A stretch of 64,000 nt of DNA from the NCBI RefSeq assembly GCF_018977255.1, contig NW_024704743.1, forward strand, positions 60,514,001 through 60,578,000, read 5' to 3'. The notes beneath the pieces are model-generated. The model ran no database searches, was not told the DNA's origin, and was given only the letters and a program-made list of their open reading frames with translations. This document shows, piece by piece, positions 13,369 through 25,045 of the stretch (positions are counted from its first letter, which is position 1; each line of letters opens with the position of its first letter). The translations under genes and the position numbers were made by a program. The stretch is from Callorhinchus milii (Eukaryota).

Positions 13369-13495
13369 AGAGTGAGTGAGCGAATGAGATAGTAGGTGGA
13401 CTGAAGGAATTAGTGAGTCAGAGAGTGAGTGAATGAATGAATGAGCCAGTGAGTGAATGAGTGACTGTAACAGGGGTTGAGTGAGTAATGAGTGT
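13369..13495. repeat. Degenerate (GAGT/GAAT)n microsatellite
   Basis: gagtgagtgagcgaatgag...gagtgaatgaatgaatgag. Confidence 0.8.
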
Positions 13496-13859
13496 GACAT
13501 GGGGGAGGGAATTACAGAGCCTGTTCGCCACAACACACTAAATGATTGTGGCTTTTTAGGGTATTTGTGTGGATGTGTGGTGGGACTCATTGGGTTAAAG
13601 GGAATTTCAAACTTCTCCAGATGTTCATATTGACCCTTGATAGATGAGTATAATAAATAAAGTGTGGCACATTACCTTAAGGAAAAAAACAGATTTGGAC
13701 CAGCAAAAAAAAGCAAAGAAAATCGCATACATGAACTATCAATAGGGATGTATTCCCCTAAAACATTTTGGGGGCACTTTACATTAATTAAGGTCAAGTA
13801 TAGAAACAATTTTTTTAGAAAAACGCAGTAACCATTTTGCACACTACGAAGTCCAATAA

Positions 13860-14690
13860 TTGTTTTGGTCAACTGGGCGTCTGACATATATGAAAACTCA
13901 TCATCATTCAGACCAAACTGAGAGTTCCACGTATGTCTACATGTCTGCAAGGGATTGTGTAGTCTCTCCACAGAGGGATACACCAATACGTTTTCAGTTA
14001 TTGCACATTTCAGCATAAGCACTGTGCAGACAATTCTAAGTATTTGTCATAGACAGTAGTTTCATTAATTGATAAAAATGTAAGTATCTGGTTTGCAAAG
14101 CAAATTTGCAGAATAGATTTGATATTGTGACTCATTGTGGAGTTCTGCAGCTCAGTGGTTAGAGCATTTGCCTCTCAAGCGAAACCTGGGCTCGATTCCT
14201 GGCAGGGTGAAACCTTGGGTAAGTTTCCTTACTCCACATGCCTAACAATAATCCCTCAAAAAAAAATTGGTCACTTCAATCCACAACTGTTTGTGGGACA
14301 CTGCTATGCGCAATTTGGCTGCCGCATTTCGCCCACAAATTTACAGTCAATTCACTTTACAGTATATTCTATGAAGACCTTTGAGACGTCTAGGAGACGT
14401 GAAAAGCTCTCTATCAAATGCAAGGATTATTATTTTTATTATAAATGGTATGAATTTATAGATGCATTCAAGAGAATGTTAGACATTCATGTAAGGGAGG
14501 GGGAACAGAAGTGTATGGGAAGGCGTGAGGAATGGGTGGAGACTCATGTGGAGTTTAAACACCGGCACAGACTGGTTGAGCCAACTGGCCTGTTTCTGTA
14601 CTGTAAATTCTTTGTAAAGTTTGGCAAGAGCCAAAGATTGGGGACTCCAGAGTATGCGATGGGGTACTGCTGGAGTCTAACCAGCTAAGA
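13860..14690 (-). repeat. Family X copy split by a SINE and a CR1 tail (pieces ~13860-14045 and ~14620-14690)
   Basis: The two pieces are consecutive segments of the family X consensus. Confidence 0.65.
14139..14441 (+). mobile_element. tRNA-Ala SINE, short form
   Basis: ggagttctgcagctcagtggttagagc head; tail hairpin ACGTC-tagga-GACGT. Confidence 0.9.
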
Positions 14691-16724
14691 GGCAATATTG
14701 TGCTGCTCATAATCATTCAGATTTTCTCCAGGTAATATGAAGTTGATTTTTTTTCTGCAGGGACATGTATTTTGGAGCACTGCTGTGTGGATTGAGGAGT
14801 GAGGAGTTAATTACCTGTGTAAACAGTGGGTATTCCCATAAATGAAGAGCAGCTTACTGTGCAGCATGTGACTGGGCTCCATACTCCAAGTAATACAAAA
14901 CAGAACATTTGGAAAATACAACTAATTGGATCTGAAAAAATTATTTGTCGGAACGATGGTGTTTGTTGCAACTGTCAACAACAGTAATGTCTCTACGAAA
15001 CTAAAGGATCTGAAAGGAGATTTAATCTCTCAACCGAAGGAAAGCAATTCCATCAATGCTGCACACACCCAGCACTGGCATCTCAGCCTAGACTATATCA
15101 GTTCCAAACCCAGGGAGGATGACCAAAAGCTTGTCAAAGAAATAAATCTTAAGGCAGCTTTATAAATAAGGAGGGAGAAGGCGAGGCACAAGGTGGAGTT
15201 CCAGAGAGATTGATCGGGCAGGGGACATAAAGTAGGTTGGTGTTTGCTGGGCGCAAGTACTGGTGGGCTGGTATGGCTACAGAAGGTAGGGTGTGGCACG
15301 ACCATGAAGACAATTTGCATGTGAGAAAAGTAGCTGAGAATTGAAAATCCTTTAAAACTGGTATCAGCTCCCTGTCATAAAGAACAGGTGGAAGAGACCA
15401 TAGGGACTAAAACCTAGGTAAGACGGTTTGAAGAGTAGAGAAGAAAAAAGTGATCTATTTCTGATGATGAGGCATTTTTTCTCAAGTGAAGATGGAACGA
15501 ATCTTTAGCTGATCTGTCTTCAAATTTTCTTAATGTTTTGAGGTATTATAATATTATCTCCTTGTTCAAAGCAGAATGTGTAGAAAATGTTTGCACTGTG
15601 GTGTAGTGTTGAGCAGATTCAGCAACTGAAATCAGTTACTGAACCAGAATTAGTGAGCACTTGACATCAGATCACTACAAGTACCTTTTAGCCTAACCAC
15701 AAATTTGGTTTCTTGACAAAAAGGTGAGAATCCCTGAAAATGTCCAGACTGAGAACTCTGGAATAGTATGATCAAAGAGATCCACGATCTACATTGGGTG
15801 TCTGCTCCACATCACCCATCTTTTGTATCCGCAGTGATATCATGAAAGCAATAATAACCATTGCATTTGATATAGCACCTTATCACGTCTTCGAGACATC
15901 TTAAAGCGCTTCACAGAATATACTGTAAAGTGAATTGACTGTATATTTTGTGGATGAAAATATAATAACCACTTATACATAAATTATCCTCCTTGGGGAG
16001 GAGGGAAGCTGGGTATCTTTGGACCTAAGCTTGGCAGGGGAATGTCAGAATCATGTCAATCCTCTGTGGCAGTCTCAGAACTCCAGTTCCTGAGCTAGGC
16101 AGGCCAGAGGAATAATGAAGAAATATCCACGTGAAGACGGCATACACATGTGAAACTGTCAGTATGGTTTGGATAATCTTAAACACTGTCATTTCACGTT
16201 GCTAATCATGCTGGGAGATTGACAAATCAATTTTCAATTGGCTATTGATGACATTCGTTTTGTTAATGAAGAATGTGTAATAGGAGCACTATTAATAAAG
16301 TTAGTGAAGAGAGTTTTACTTGCCATAGATTACGTCATAGATTAGTTTTCAGGTGCGTGCGCGCGCAAGAAAAAAACAACAAAAAAAAAAACCCTGCGCC
16401 CCCCCCCCCCCCCCAGGGCTCACATCAGAGCCCACTATGGTCCTGTTGCGTTTGCTGCCCCAATCTACGGGATAATGCCATCCACCTGACCGCTCGCTCC
16501 CGGTCCCCGCGTGCGCACTATGGCTGCCGCTTTGACCCGAGCCCCCTCACCCTCTCCCTCCCTCCTCCCTCCTCTCTCCCCCCAAACCCTCCCCCTCTGC
16601 ATCTCTCCCGCTCTCTCCTCCTCTCTCTCCGTCCCTCTCGTCTTCTATCCCCACTTCACCCTCCCACAACCTCCCTCTGTTCCAACCTGGGAATCCTCCG
16701 CCGGGCTCACCGTGGCACTCGGCG

Positions 16725-19700
16725 TTGGCTGTCCAGCAGCAGCCACACCGACTGCCCCATTCCCCACCACACTCGCCACAGACCCGGGGAGTCAACCTCT
16801 CCTCCCTCATCCCCATTCCCCCCACCCCTACCTCACAACCTGGACCCCCCTCCCCTCCAACACACCCTTCTGTCAACCGCTCCCTCCACATCGGACTGCA
16901 AAATGTCCGCTCCCTCTGCAACAAGGCCCTGGTCATCAACGATCTCATCCTTGATGAGAACGTTGATATCATGGCCTTAACAGAAACCTGGCTCACCCCA
17001 GGCGACACCTTCCCCCTCACGGAGGCCACGCCACCCGGCTACACCTCCCACCACATCCCCCGCCCCAACCGCCGTGGCGGTGGTGTTGCCCTTATCTCAA
17101 GGACACCACTTGCCCTATCCCCCTACTCCACTGGCTCTTTCCCCTCCTTTGAGCACCTCACCCTCTCCCACCCCTCATTCCTCTCCCTTAAAATCCTCCT
17201 CCTCTACCGGCCCCCTAAAACCTCTCCCACCTTCATCTCTGACATTTCAACACTCCTCACATCTCTTTGCCTCTGCTCTGATCGCCTCATCATCCTGGGC
17301 GACTTTAACCTACACTTCACACCCTCCTGCTCCATCTCCACAGACTTCTCTTCCCTGCTCTCCTCACTCAACCTCTCCTTACACATAAACTCCCCCACTC
17401 ACAGTCACGGCCACCCACTCGATTTGGTGATCACCCGGGGCCTCAGTGTCTCGGATGTCACTATTACCGACAAGGCCATCTCTGACCACTACTTCATCTC
17501 CTTCACCACCTCCACCCCCCTCCCCACCTCCACCAGACCCACCACCATCTTCTACCGCCCTTGGAAGAAGTTACCCCCACAATCCCTAACCGATGCCTTG
17601 GAGTCCTCTGAACTCCTCTCCCTCTGGCCTTCAACCCTCACCGACCCCTCTTCTCCTCTCTCCCTCCTCCACAATACCCTCTCCTCCACACTCGATACTC
17701 TTGCCCCCATCACTTCCCGCACTGTCTCCTACTCCCGCTCCTCCCCCTGGTACACCACCCACCTCCGCTCACTGAAAAGCCAGGTGCGGGCTGCTGAACG
17801 CACCTGTGTCAAATCTGGCCTAACGGTCCACCGACAAATCTGGCTGGACCTCCTCAAAATTTACCGCTCCACTCTAGCCTCGGCCAAGTCGTCCTTCTAC
17901 TCCAGGATAATCCTGGAGGCGAAGAACAACCCCAGGCTACTGTTTTCCACCACAACCCGACTCCTCCGTCCCCCCGCCACCCCGCGCAGGTCATCTCCTC
18001 CAACCTTCACTGCGAGGAGATGCTGGATTTCCTTGAATCCAAGATCAAGGGAATCCGCTCCGCGGTCACTTCCCCTCCAACTTCCACCCACCACCCACCC
18101 CTTCCCTCCCACACTCCGACTCCTACCCATCCTCCCCTACACACCTTCGTACCCGTTTCCCCACCCTCTGTCACTGAACTCATCCTATCCCTAAAACCAA
18201 CCACCTGCTCCCTTGACCCCATCCCCACTCCACTCCTTATCTCCCAGCTCCACTTTCTTGCCCCACATATCACTGACATCATCAACCTGTCCCTCTCCTC
18301 TGGCTCTGTCCCCATTCCATTAAAAACTGCCATCATCACGCCCACCCTGAAAAAACCCTCCCTTGATGCGTCGCAGCTATCAAGCTACCGGCCCATCTCC
18401 AACCTCCCCTTTCTCTCCAAGGTCTTGGAAAGAGTTGTCGCCTCCCAACTGCGCTCTTTCCTTTCCACCCATTCTCTTTTCGAACCCCTTCAGTCAGGTT
18501 TCCGTGCTGCCCATAGCACAGAAACTGCCCTGGTCAAGGTCACCAATGATATCCTGACCATCTGTGACCAGGGCTCCCTCTGTCTCCTCGTCCTCCTCGA
18601 CCTATCGGCAGCATTCGATACGGTCGACCACGCTATCCTACTCCACCGCTTGTCCTCCCACCTCAACCTTCAAGGCACTGTCCTTGAATGGTTTAGGTCG
18701 TACCTTTCTCACCGTCTTCACTTTGTCTCGACGAATGGCTTCTCCTCCACCCCCCGTACTGTCTCATGTGGTGTCCCTCAGGGCTCTGTCCTCGGTCCCC
18801 TCCTCTTCACCCTCTATATGCTCCCCCTTGGTGACATCATCCGCAGACATGGAGTTAACTTCCACATGTATGCGGATGACACCCAACTCTACCTTTCCTC
18901 CTCTACTCTCAACTCCACGACCACCGATGTCCTGACAGCTGCCTGTCCGACATCGAGTCCTGGACGAGAGACAACTTTCTTCAGCTCAACGTGCGAAAAA
19001 CCGAGGCCCTCCTGATTGGCTCACGTCAGCGCCTCCGCACCTCAGGCGCTGACACCATCAGCATCCAAGGCTGCACTCTCCACCTCTCAAAGCCAGTCAG
19101 GAACCTCGGCGTTTTGTTCGACCCTGAGCTGTCCTTTCTCCCTCACATCCGCACCACAACTGGCACCGCCTTCCATCACCTCCGGAACATCGCCAGACTA
19201 CGGCACTACCTCACCCCTCACGCTGCTGAAACCCTGGTCCACGCCTTTGTCACCTCAAGGCTGGACTATGGGAACTCTCTCCTCGACGGCCTTCCCGGCA
19301 CCTCCCTCCACAAGCTGCAGGTCATTCAGAACTCTGCAGCTCGTGTACTGTCCCGCACCAGGCTTCGCGACCACATCACTCCCACCCTCGCTCGCCTCCA
19401 CTGGCTCCCCATCCCCCAGAGGATTGATTTCAAGATCCTCATCCTCACCTACAAGGCCATTCACGGCCTTGCTCCCTCCTACCTCTCCAACCTACTATCC
19501 CCCTACCTACCTGCCCGTACCCTCCGTTCCTCTGGCTCCGGTCTGCTCCACGTCCCCCGCCCCAACCGCCCTACCATCGGTGGTCGGGCCTTCAGCCTCT
19601 CAGCCCCAGGCTCTGGAACTCCATCCCCCAGTGCCTTCGCCGCTTCCTCCCTTTCCTCCTTCAAGGCCGGTCTCAAAACCTTTCTCTTTGACCATGCCTT

Positions 19701-19761
19701 CAGCTCCCCTCTCGACTCTCTTCCCCCTCCTCGCTCCCTCCCTTCCCTCCCCTCACCCTGA
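16725..19761 (+). pseudogene. L2 APE-RT ORF broken by frameshifts (~17985, ~18940 and upstream)
   Basis: Domains spread over ORFs 16725-18194, 18020-19015 and 18991-19761; N-terminal LGILRRAHRG motif in a further frame. Confidence 0.9.
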
Positions 19762-19860
19762 CCATTTCCCCCCTCCTCGCTCCCTCCCTTCCCTCCCCTC
19801 ACCCTGACCATTTTCCCCCTCCTCGCTCCCTCCCTTCCCTCCCCTCACCCTGACCATTTC
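19723..19860 (+). repeat. ~46 bp tandem repeat x3 in L2 3' region
   Basis: Unit ccccctcctcgctccctcccttccctcccctcaccctgaccattt. Confidence 0.95.
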
Positions 19861-20234
19861 CCCCCTGCTCGGGTCATGACCCAACTGTGCAGCGCCTTGG
19901 GACGTCCTCCTGACGTGAAAAGCGCTTTATAAATGGAATCTTGTTGTTGTTGTTGTTGCCTAATTCACCCCTATCTTTGAGGCTATGAAGCCAAAAGAAC
20001 AGGCCAGTTTCAGATCAGGATGAAGTTGCTGCAATGACTAGTCACATTGAGGCTGGCTTTCAGTGGGATCTAAAAACCAGAACAGTACTGATAGATCGTT
20101 CCGCTCCCTATGACATAATATGTAGATATGGGCTATTGCTCAAGACATCAAGACTCATCAAATGCCGTAGCTATATGTAACTCCTGGCCACAATGTTGAG
20201 CGACTGTGTCTTTTTGAATCGGCAGATCAGAAAA

Positions 20235-20765
20235 GCACACATCCTCATTGATGGCCTACTTTAAGCATCTGTGCTGGATTCTTCACTGTTCAACATCTGT
20301 GTTAGTGACTTATCAACAACAAACAACAAATTACATTTGTATAGCGCCTTTCACTTCAGGAAGATGTCTTAAGGCTACCAGACACAATTTTGGGTAAATT
20401 CATTTATGCTGATGATTAATTTACAGCACAAGGCAAAGGACCTCACCACCATCAGCGACACCCTCTCCACTTACCTGAAGACAATGGCAGAATACTTCCA
20501 ATATTAGAAGCTCCACCACAATATCTCCAAAACCTTAGTAACAGTCTTTCACCTGAACAACAAAGCCACTAAGGAACCATGTATTGTCATCTTTTGTGGT
20601 CAACAGGTTCAAAATGAGCCCTATAAAAAACACTTGGGTGTAACCTTGGATAGAAGCTGGACTTTTAAAGCTGCTCTGGAAAAGCTAAGCAGAAAAGCTA
20701 AAAGTGAGGTCTAGTCTCATCCAATAGCTCACAGGCACAACATGGGGATGCCGATGCACACACAC
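20235..20765 (+). mobile_element. Vingi/Ingi-like non-LTR retrotransposon RT fragment, interrupted by an L2 tail (~20313-20377, -)
   Basis: Translates as SLFNI.VSDL/PDTILGKFIYADD...SKTLVTVFHLNNK...KHLGVTLDRSWTF...LTGTTWG, with stops and frameshifts. Confidence 0.8.
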
Positions 20766-21009
20766 TCTTATTTTATGTGAATTGTTCCAAACAGATATAA
20801 GTAATTATTAGCTTTAAAAATTTAGATTTTCAGAAAGCTTTTTCACAAGGAGGCACCTCAAGAATTATTGGTTAACTTAAGGACTCATGGAATAGGGAAA
20901 TAGAACCAAAACAATGTGTTTGAAAGATATTTGGGTTAAAAATGAAAATCAGGGAAACTATAAATGAGACTTTAAGGGCTAAAAGGAAACTATTATTGAA
21001 GCACCTAGC

Positions 21010-21340
21010 ATTTTTTAGGGGGGCTAGCCGGGTAACTGACACATGCAGAAACCTGTCACCATATTTAAGAGTATCCAAGTCATGCTGAGAGTTCTGTGTA
21101 TATATGCCACCTACACATGGAAATGTTCCTATGACTGGAATGGTATGTGCACTCTGTCCCTGGAGGGATGTACCCTGCTTATCTAATTCTGGAGGATATT
21201 AGGTGCAGGCTGGCAAGAGGCAAGCTTTGAGGATCCCAGAGTATACGTTAGGGTACTGCTGGACTTGACCGGTAAATCGCATAGTTTGCCATTGAGATTA
21301 CTGTCTGGCAAGCTTCCTGCTGGCTGGTCTGCCAGCAACA
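21010..21340 (-). repeat. Family X copy
   Basis: ctgacacatgcagaaacc...ccctggagggatgtaccctgcttatctaattctgg...gggtactgctgga. Confidence 0.85.
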
Positions 21341-21569
21341 GTGCTCTGGAAAACTATGGATGTGCCTAGCTCAGAAATCTGGAGAGATTCTGTTATCAAG
21401 TGTGTGACCGAGGAGCCCGCCGACCTTCTCAACCCCCCCACCCCCTCCCTGAACAGACTTGGGAAAACAAAACTCCAAATTTGGAAAGATATTCCAAAAT
21501 AGGAGGCAAAACGAATAAAGAGGCACAATCTGAAAAGATACAAAAAGGATTTGAATTATTTTAGGTTAT

Positions 21570-21930
21570 TTGGGCAAGTAAGAGACACATGCAGTTTAAC
21601 GTGAATAATGTTAAATCATTAGTATGTGGATTGAATGGAATAAACGGTGTGATGGTCAGAAAGGACAGCTCGGGATCCTGTAGAATACGTTCTACAATGA
21701 CCAATTGTAAATTTTCAAGATTATGAAACAATTGACAAAGTTGATCCAGGCAAATTATTATGTAGAGAAGTGTACAAATGCCAATGGACAGAAGAAAGAA
21801 ATCTGAAAGTTAGAGTAAGAAGAAAACTCGGGCAGAACATTTTTAGAAAAAAAAAGTCATAAACATGTGGAATAAATTACGAGGGAAGGCCTTTGAAGTA
21901 AAGACTGAGGTCTAATTTTTACAGATTCGT
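21570..21930 (+). mobile_element. Highly diverged CR1 RT fragment
   Basis: atgcagtttaacgtg (MQFNV) and aaacatgtggaataaattac (NMWNKL), typical of the CR1 ORF2 end. Confidence 0.55.
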
Positions 21931-22369
21931 AAAAGATTTTACAAATACGCAATTCTATTTGCTCTCTACTCTTCAAACTTTAGTGAGTTTGGAAATTGCG
22001 AATATTATAAATTAAGTGTGTGCATGAATTAATATTATAGATTTTCACAGGCTTGAAATGTAATTGTGATCTGGGTTATGTAACTACTATTTATAAGATG
22101 AATATTTTTAAACCATAATTTCTTGAACATAATGTACAGACTGACTGTTACATCTGTGTGTATAACCTCTGTCCTAGTGTAGATAATTCCATTTTCATTG
22201 AACAAAACTTTAATTATTCCATAGTAATCTCACTGACAATACCAGCATCTTGGGACGTCCTTCTGTTGTGAAAGGCGCTATACAAATGTAATCCTGTTTT
22301 TGTTATCGTTGATTTGCCACAAATGATCACCATCATATATCAGATTACAACACTACCTTATTCTATGAT

Positions 22370-22520
22370 GGCAGCATTAGCCATACCCTCCCCCATTCCA
22401 GATACAAGAACATTCCCATGTGCAGGTAGAACACATATGTGGAACTCCCAGTAAGCCTTGGATGCTCTCAAGTATAGTGATGGTTTTCTGTGTGTTTCAG
22501 ACACCCGCCAGACCAAAAAC
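22370..22520 (+). repeat. Family X 3' fragment
   Basis: ...gatggttttctgtgtgtttcagacacccgccagaccaaaaa. Confidence 0.75.
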
Positions 22521-23249
22521 ATCCCAAAAAGTGTTTCATTCTGAAAAGCGGGACAGCCCACTCGCAATCATTTAATGTTGATCCCATTTGCCTGAAGATC
22601 TTCAGTGAATTTCAGCTCTTCAAAGTTTTCCGTTAAGAAATAAAAAAAGTACCACAGAAATTCAGGGACAATATTTGCCTTGGAAGTGAGTTTGTGGACC
22701 CGGCCAAACCATGACCCATGTTCAGTAAATTCTCTTCTGGTACTAATAAATTGCATATGTTGACTTTGTTTCACTTAGGTAAGTATTTCCATAAAGGCTA
22801 TAATTTCCTTCAGTTGTTGGCACGTCATGAAAACAGCATTCCCAGACCTTTTTCATTACTATTTGGCGTTTAACATTTCTTTCTTGAAACAGTTGCACTG
22901 GAACCGGAGGAAGAGGATCCTCACGATCATGATTCCCTCACAGACCCCTAAAGAAACGATTATTTTAACCGTATATAACCAGGGCTCTGGCTAGGCCCGC
23001 TCCTAAACAGATTGTTGTGAAAAATTCTGGTTGCTTCACGTAAGAGGCCTCACCTTCTTCAAGGTCCATCTCAAAGACTTTCCTCTTCGACCACGCTTTC
23101 AGCCATCCAGTTTCCCCGGTGTTGTGGCTTCTAATCCTCCAGATACAAAGTGTCATCCTCATATATGCATAAATTGAACCCATGTCCGCAGATGATGCCA
23201 CCAAGAGAAAGCATGTAAACAAGGACAAGGAGGGGGCCAAGGATAGATT

Positions 23250-23455
23250 TCTCTGGGTTTTCCAAGCCTTGGCTCTTGCCACTCTGTGCCTAATACTCTC
23301 CAGGAAGACTGTGTTCCTCCAGAGAGAGTGCACACTCTATTCTAGACAAACTGAAATTATCATATATATATATATATATGGAGCCTCAATAGTTTTGTTT
23401 GGATGCTTTTATACCTGCTGTTAGGTTTCTACATGTGTTAGACACCCAAAAAAAC
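23250..23455 (+). repeat. Family X fragment
   Basis: ccaagccttggctcttgccactctgtgcctaatactctccagg...catgtgttagacacccaaaaaaa. Confidence 0.75.
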
Positions 23456-24789
23456 ACTGCAGATAAAGTGTTAAACTCGTCATCTTGATGGTCTCCTCAT
23501 ACAACATTCTCTACTTACACAATGCTTTCTAGCGCCAGTTGCTGGAAAACAATTAGGAACACGACTTGTGACTGACTTATTAAGGTAAAATTGGAGCACT
23601 TCCTACCTTGGATGAGATCAACTAACTCATGACAGTCTAGAAATTAAACTTGCATGACTTGGGGCTGACTAAGTTGAAAGATTTACCAACTGAATCACTA
23701 GGAGAAACTAATGTAGGCATTTTATTTACAAATGTCATGTATTAGATTAAAGCCCGAGAGTATTGCAGTCTTCAGTGAATGGTTAAAACCTAATTCAGAC
23801 TATAATGAAGCTGGAGACAGATGGAATGACCTTACAAGTTTGGTATGAAACAAGAGTCGAAACCATATAGATGGCTGCCAGAAACCTAGGGTTAGGCACC
23901 ACCTATCGTCATTTCAAGGACCAATACAACACGCAATGTAAAAGTGGAGTATTTAAGCATGTGAGAATATACAGTAAAGAAAAACAAGGACAAAACACAA
24001 ACTGAAGTCAAATATAGAGCAAACAGGTTATTTTTAAAAAAATGTAGATACAATTGATTGTGACTAAGTGTCTGAAAATGTGGCTACAATTATTGCACAT
24101 ATACCTCTTCAACTACATTCAGTACTTGCACTCCGCAACGACAAAGATACATAACTTAGAACAAAATCTTTGATGGAATAATTTAGTGCTTGCTTTTCTG
24201 GAACTATCTAGTGGCAAAATAGCTATTTTTTTTAAAAAAAGATCTTTTTGGGCTCTACAAATTGAAACTGGGAAAAAGTGGCTGTTGAACTTGGCCTCCT
24301 TCCACAAATAAGATCCAAAATGTAGTTTCTTGGACAGAACTAGAATACCTCCCACTCTGTCTCCCAATGATACATGATCTTGGTTACCAGGCCAATTTTG
24401 ACTTGGCAGGTTTACAAGAGAACTACGGAATTTGCTTTCACTCACTGATAGGCACATTTCATTAATCAATCTCTTATTATTTTCCCTGTACTTTCCCATG
24501 TACAGATTTGGTAGAATCAGAATATTTGCAGCACAATGGGAGGCCTATGGAGCCTTTGTGTATGTTTGGGTGTTAAATCTATCATTGGAGCTATCTACTC
24601 TAATCTCATTCCTATATTCTTTCCCCTTTTGTATTATTAATTAGCTAGATTTCTGATAGTAAATAATATCTCAGGATACAATATATAGTTTGGGACATGG
24701 CATGTCATGCTACTGCCAGGATCACGGAAGGCAAACTGGATGAATCTTAGTCTCCTTTCACCTAGCAAATTCTTATGTTCTTAGGAAAA

Positions 24790-25045
24790 GTAAACCTAGA
24801 ATAATACTTTAGATTTAGAGTTGTAAAAGGTAATTTCAGGAAGATAGCAAGAAGGTTTATTTACTCAAAGGGCAATTAATGACTAGAACATATTGCCAGA
24901 AAGGGTGGTTGAGGCTAGGACCTTGGATTCATTTAAAAAGCAGCTTGATTCTGTAATGGCAGGACAGTGGGGTAGATATTCTGGATGGATGAGATCAATG
25001 GACCTAAGGCCTTTGTCATCCAAACCAATCTTGTGATCTTGTAAA
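24790..25045 (+). mobile_element. CR1 3' end fragment with (tcttgtga) tail
   Basis: tttactcaaagggcaattaat...ttgccagaaagggtggttgaggc...tcatttaaaaagcagcttgat. Confidence 0.75.

Larger units (their letters stand above)
16352..19958 (+). mobile_element. Young L2-clade LINE, near full length
   Basis: APE endonuclease (GLQNVRSL, ALTETWL, IILGDFN, SDHY) and RT ([35 protein letters not shown] at 18869-18880); C-terminal LHWLPI and LKTFLF; (tgt)n tail. Confidence 0.97.

Noticed and set aside
14137..14688. 183-aa ORF
   Set aside because: Runs through a SINE, a CR1 tail and family X; not a gene
19723..19860. CRISPR-like direct repeats
   Set aside because: No spacers; tandem unit inside a eukaryotic LINE
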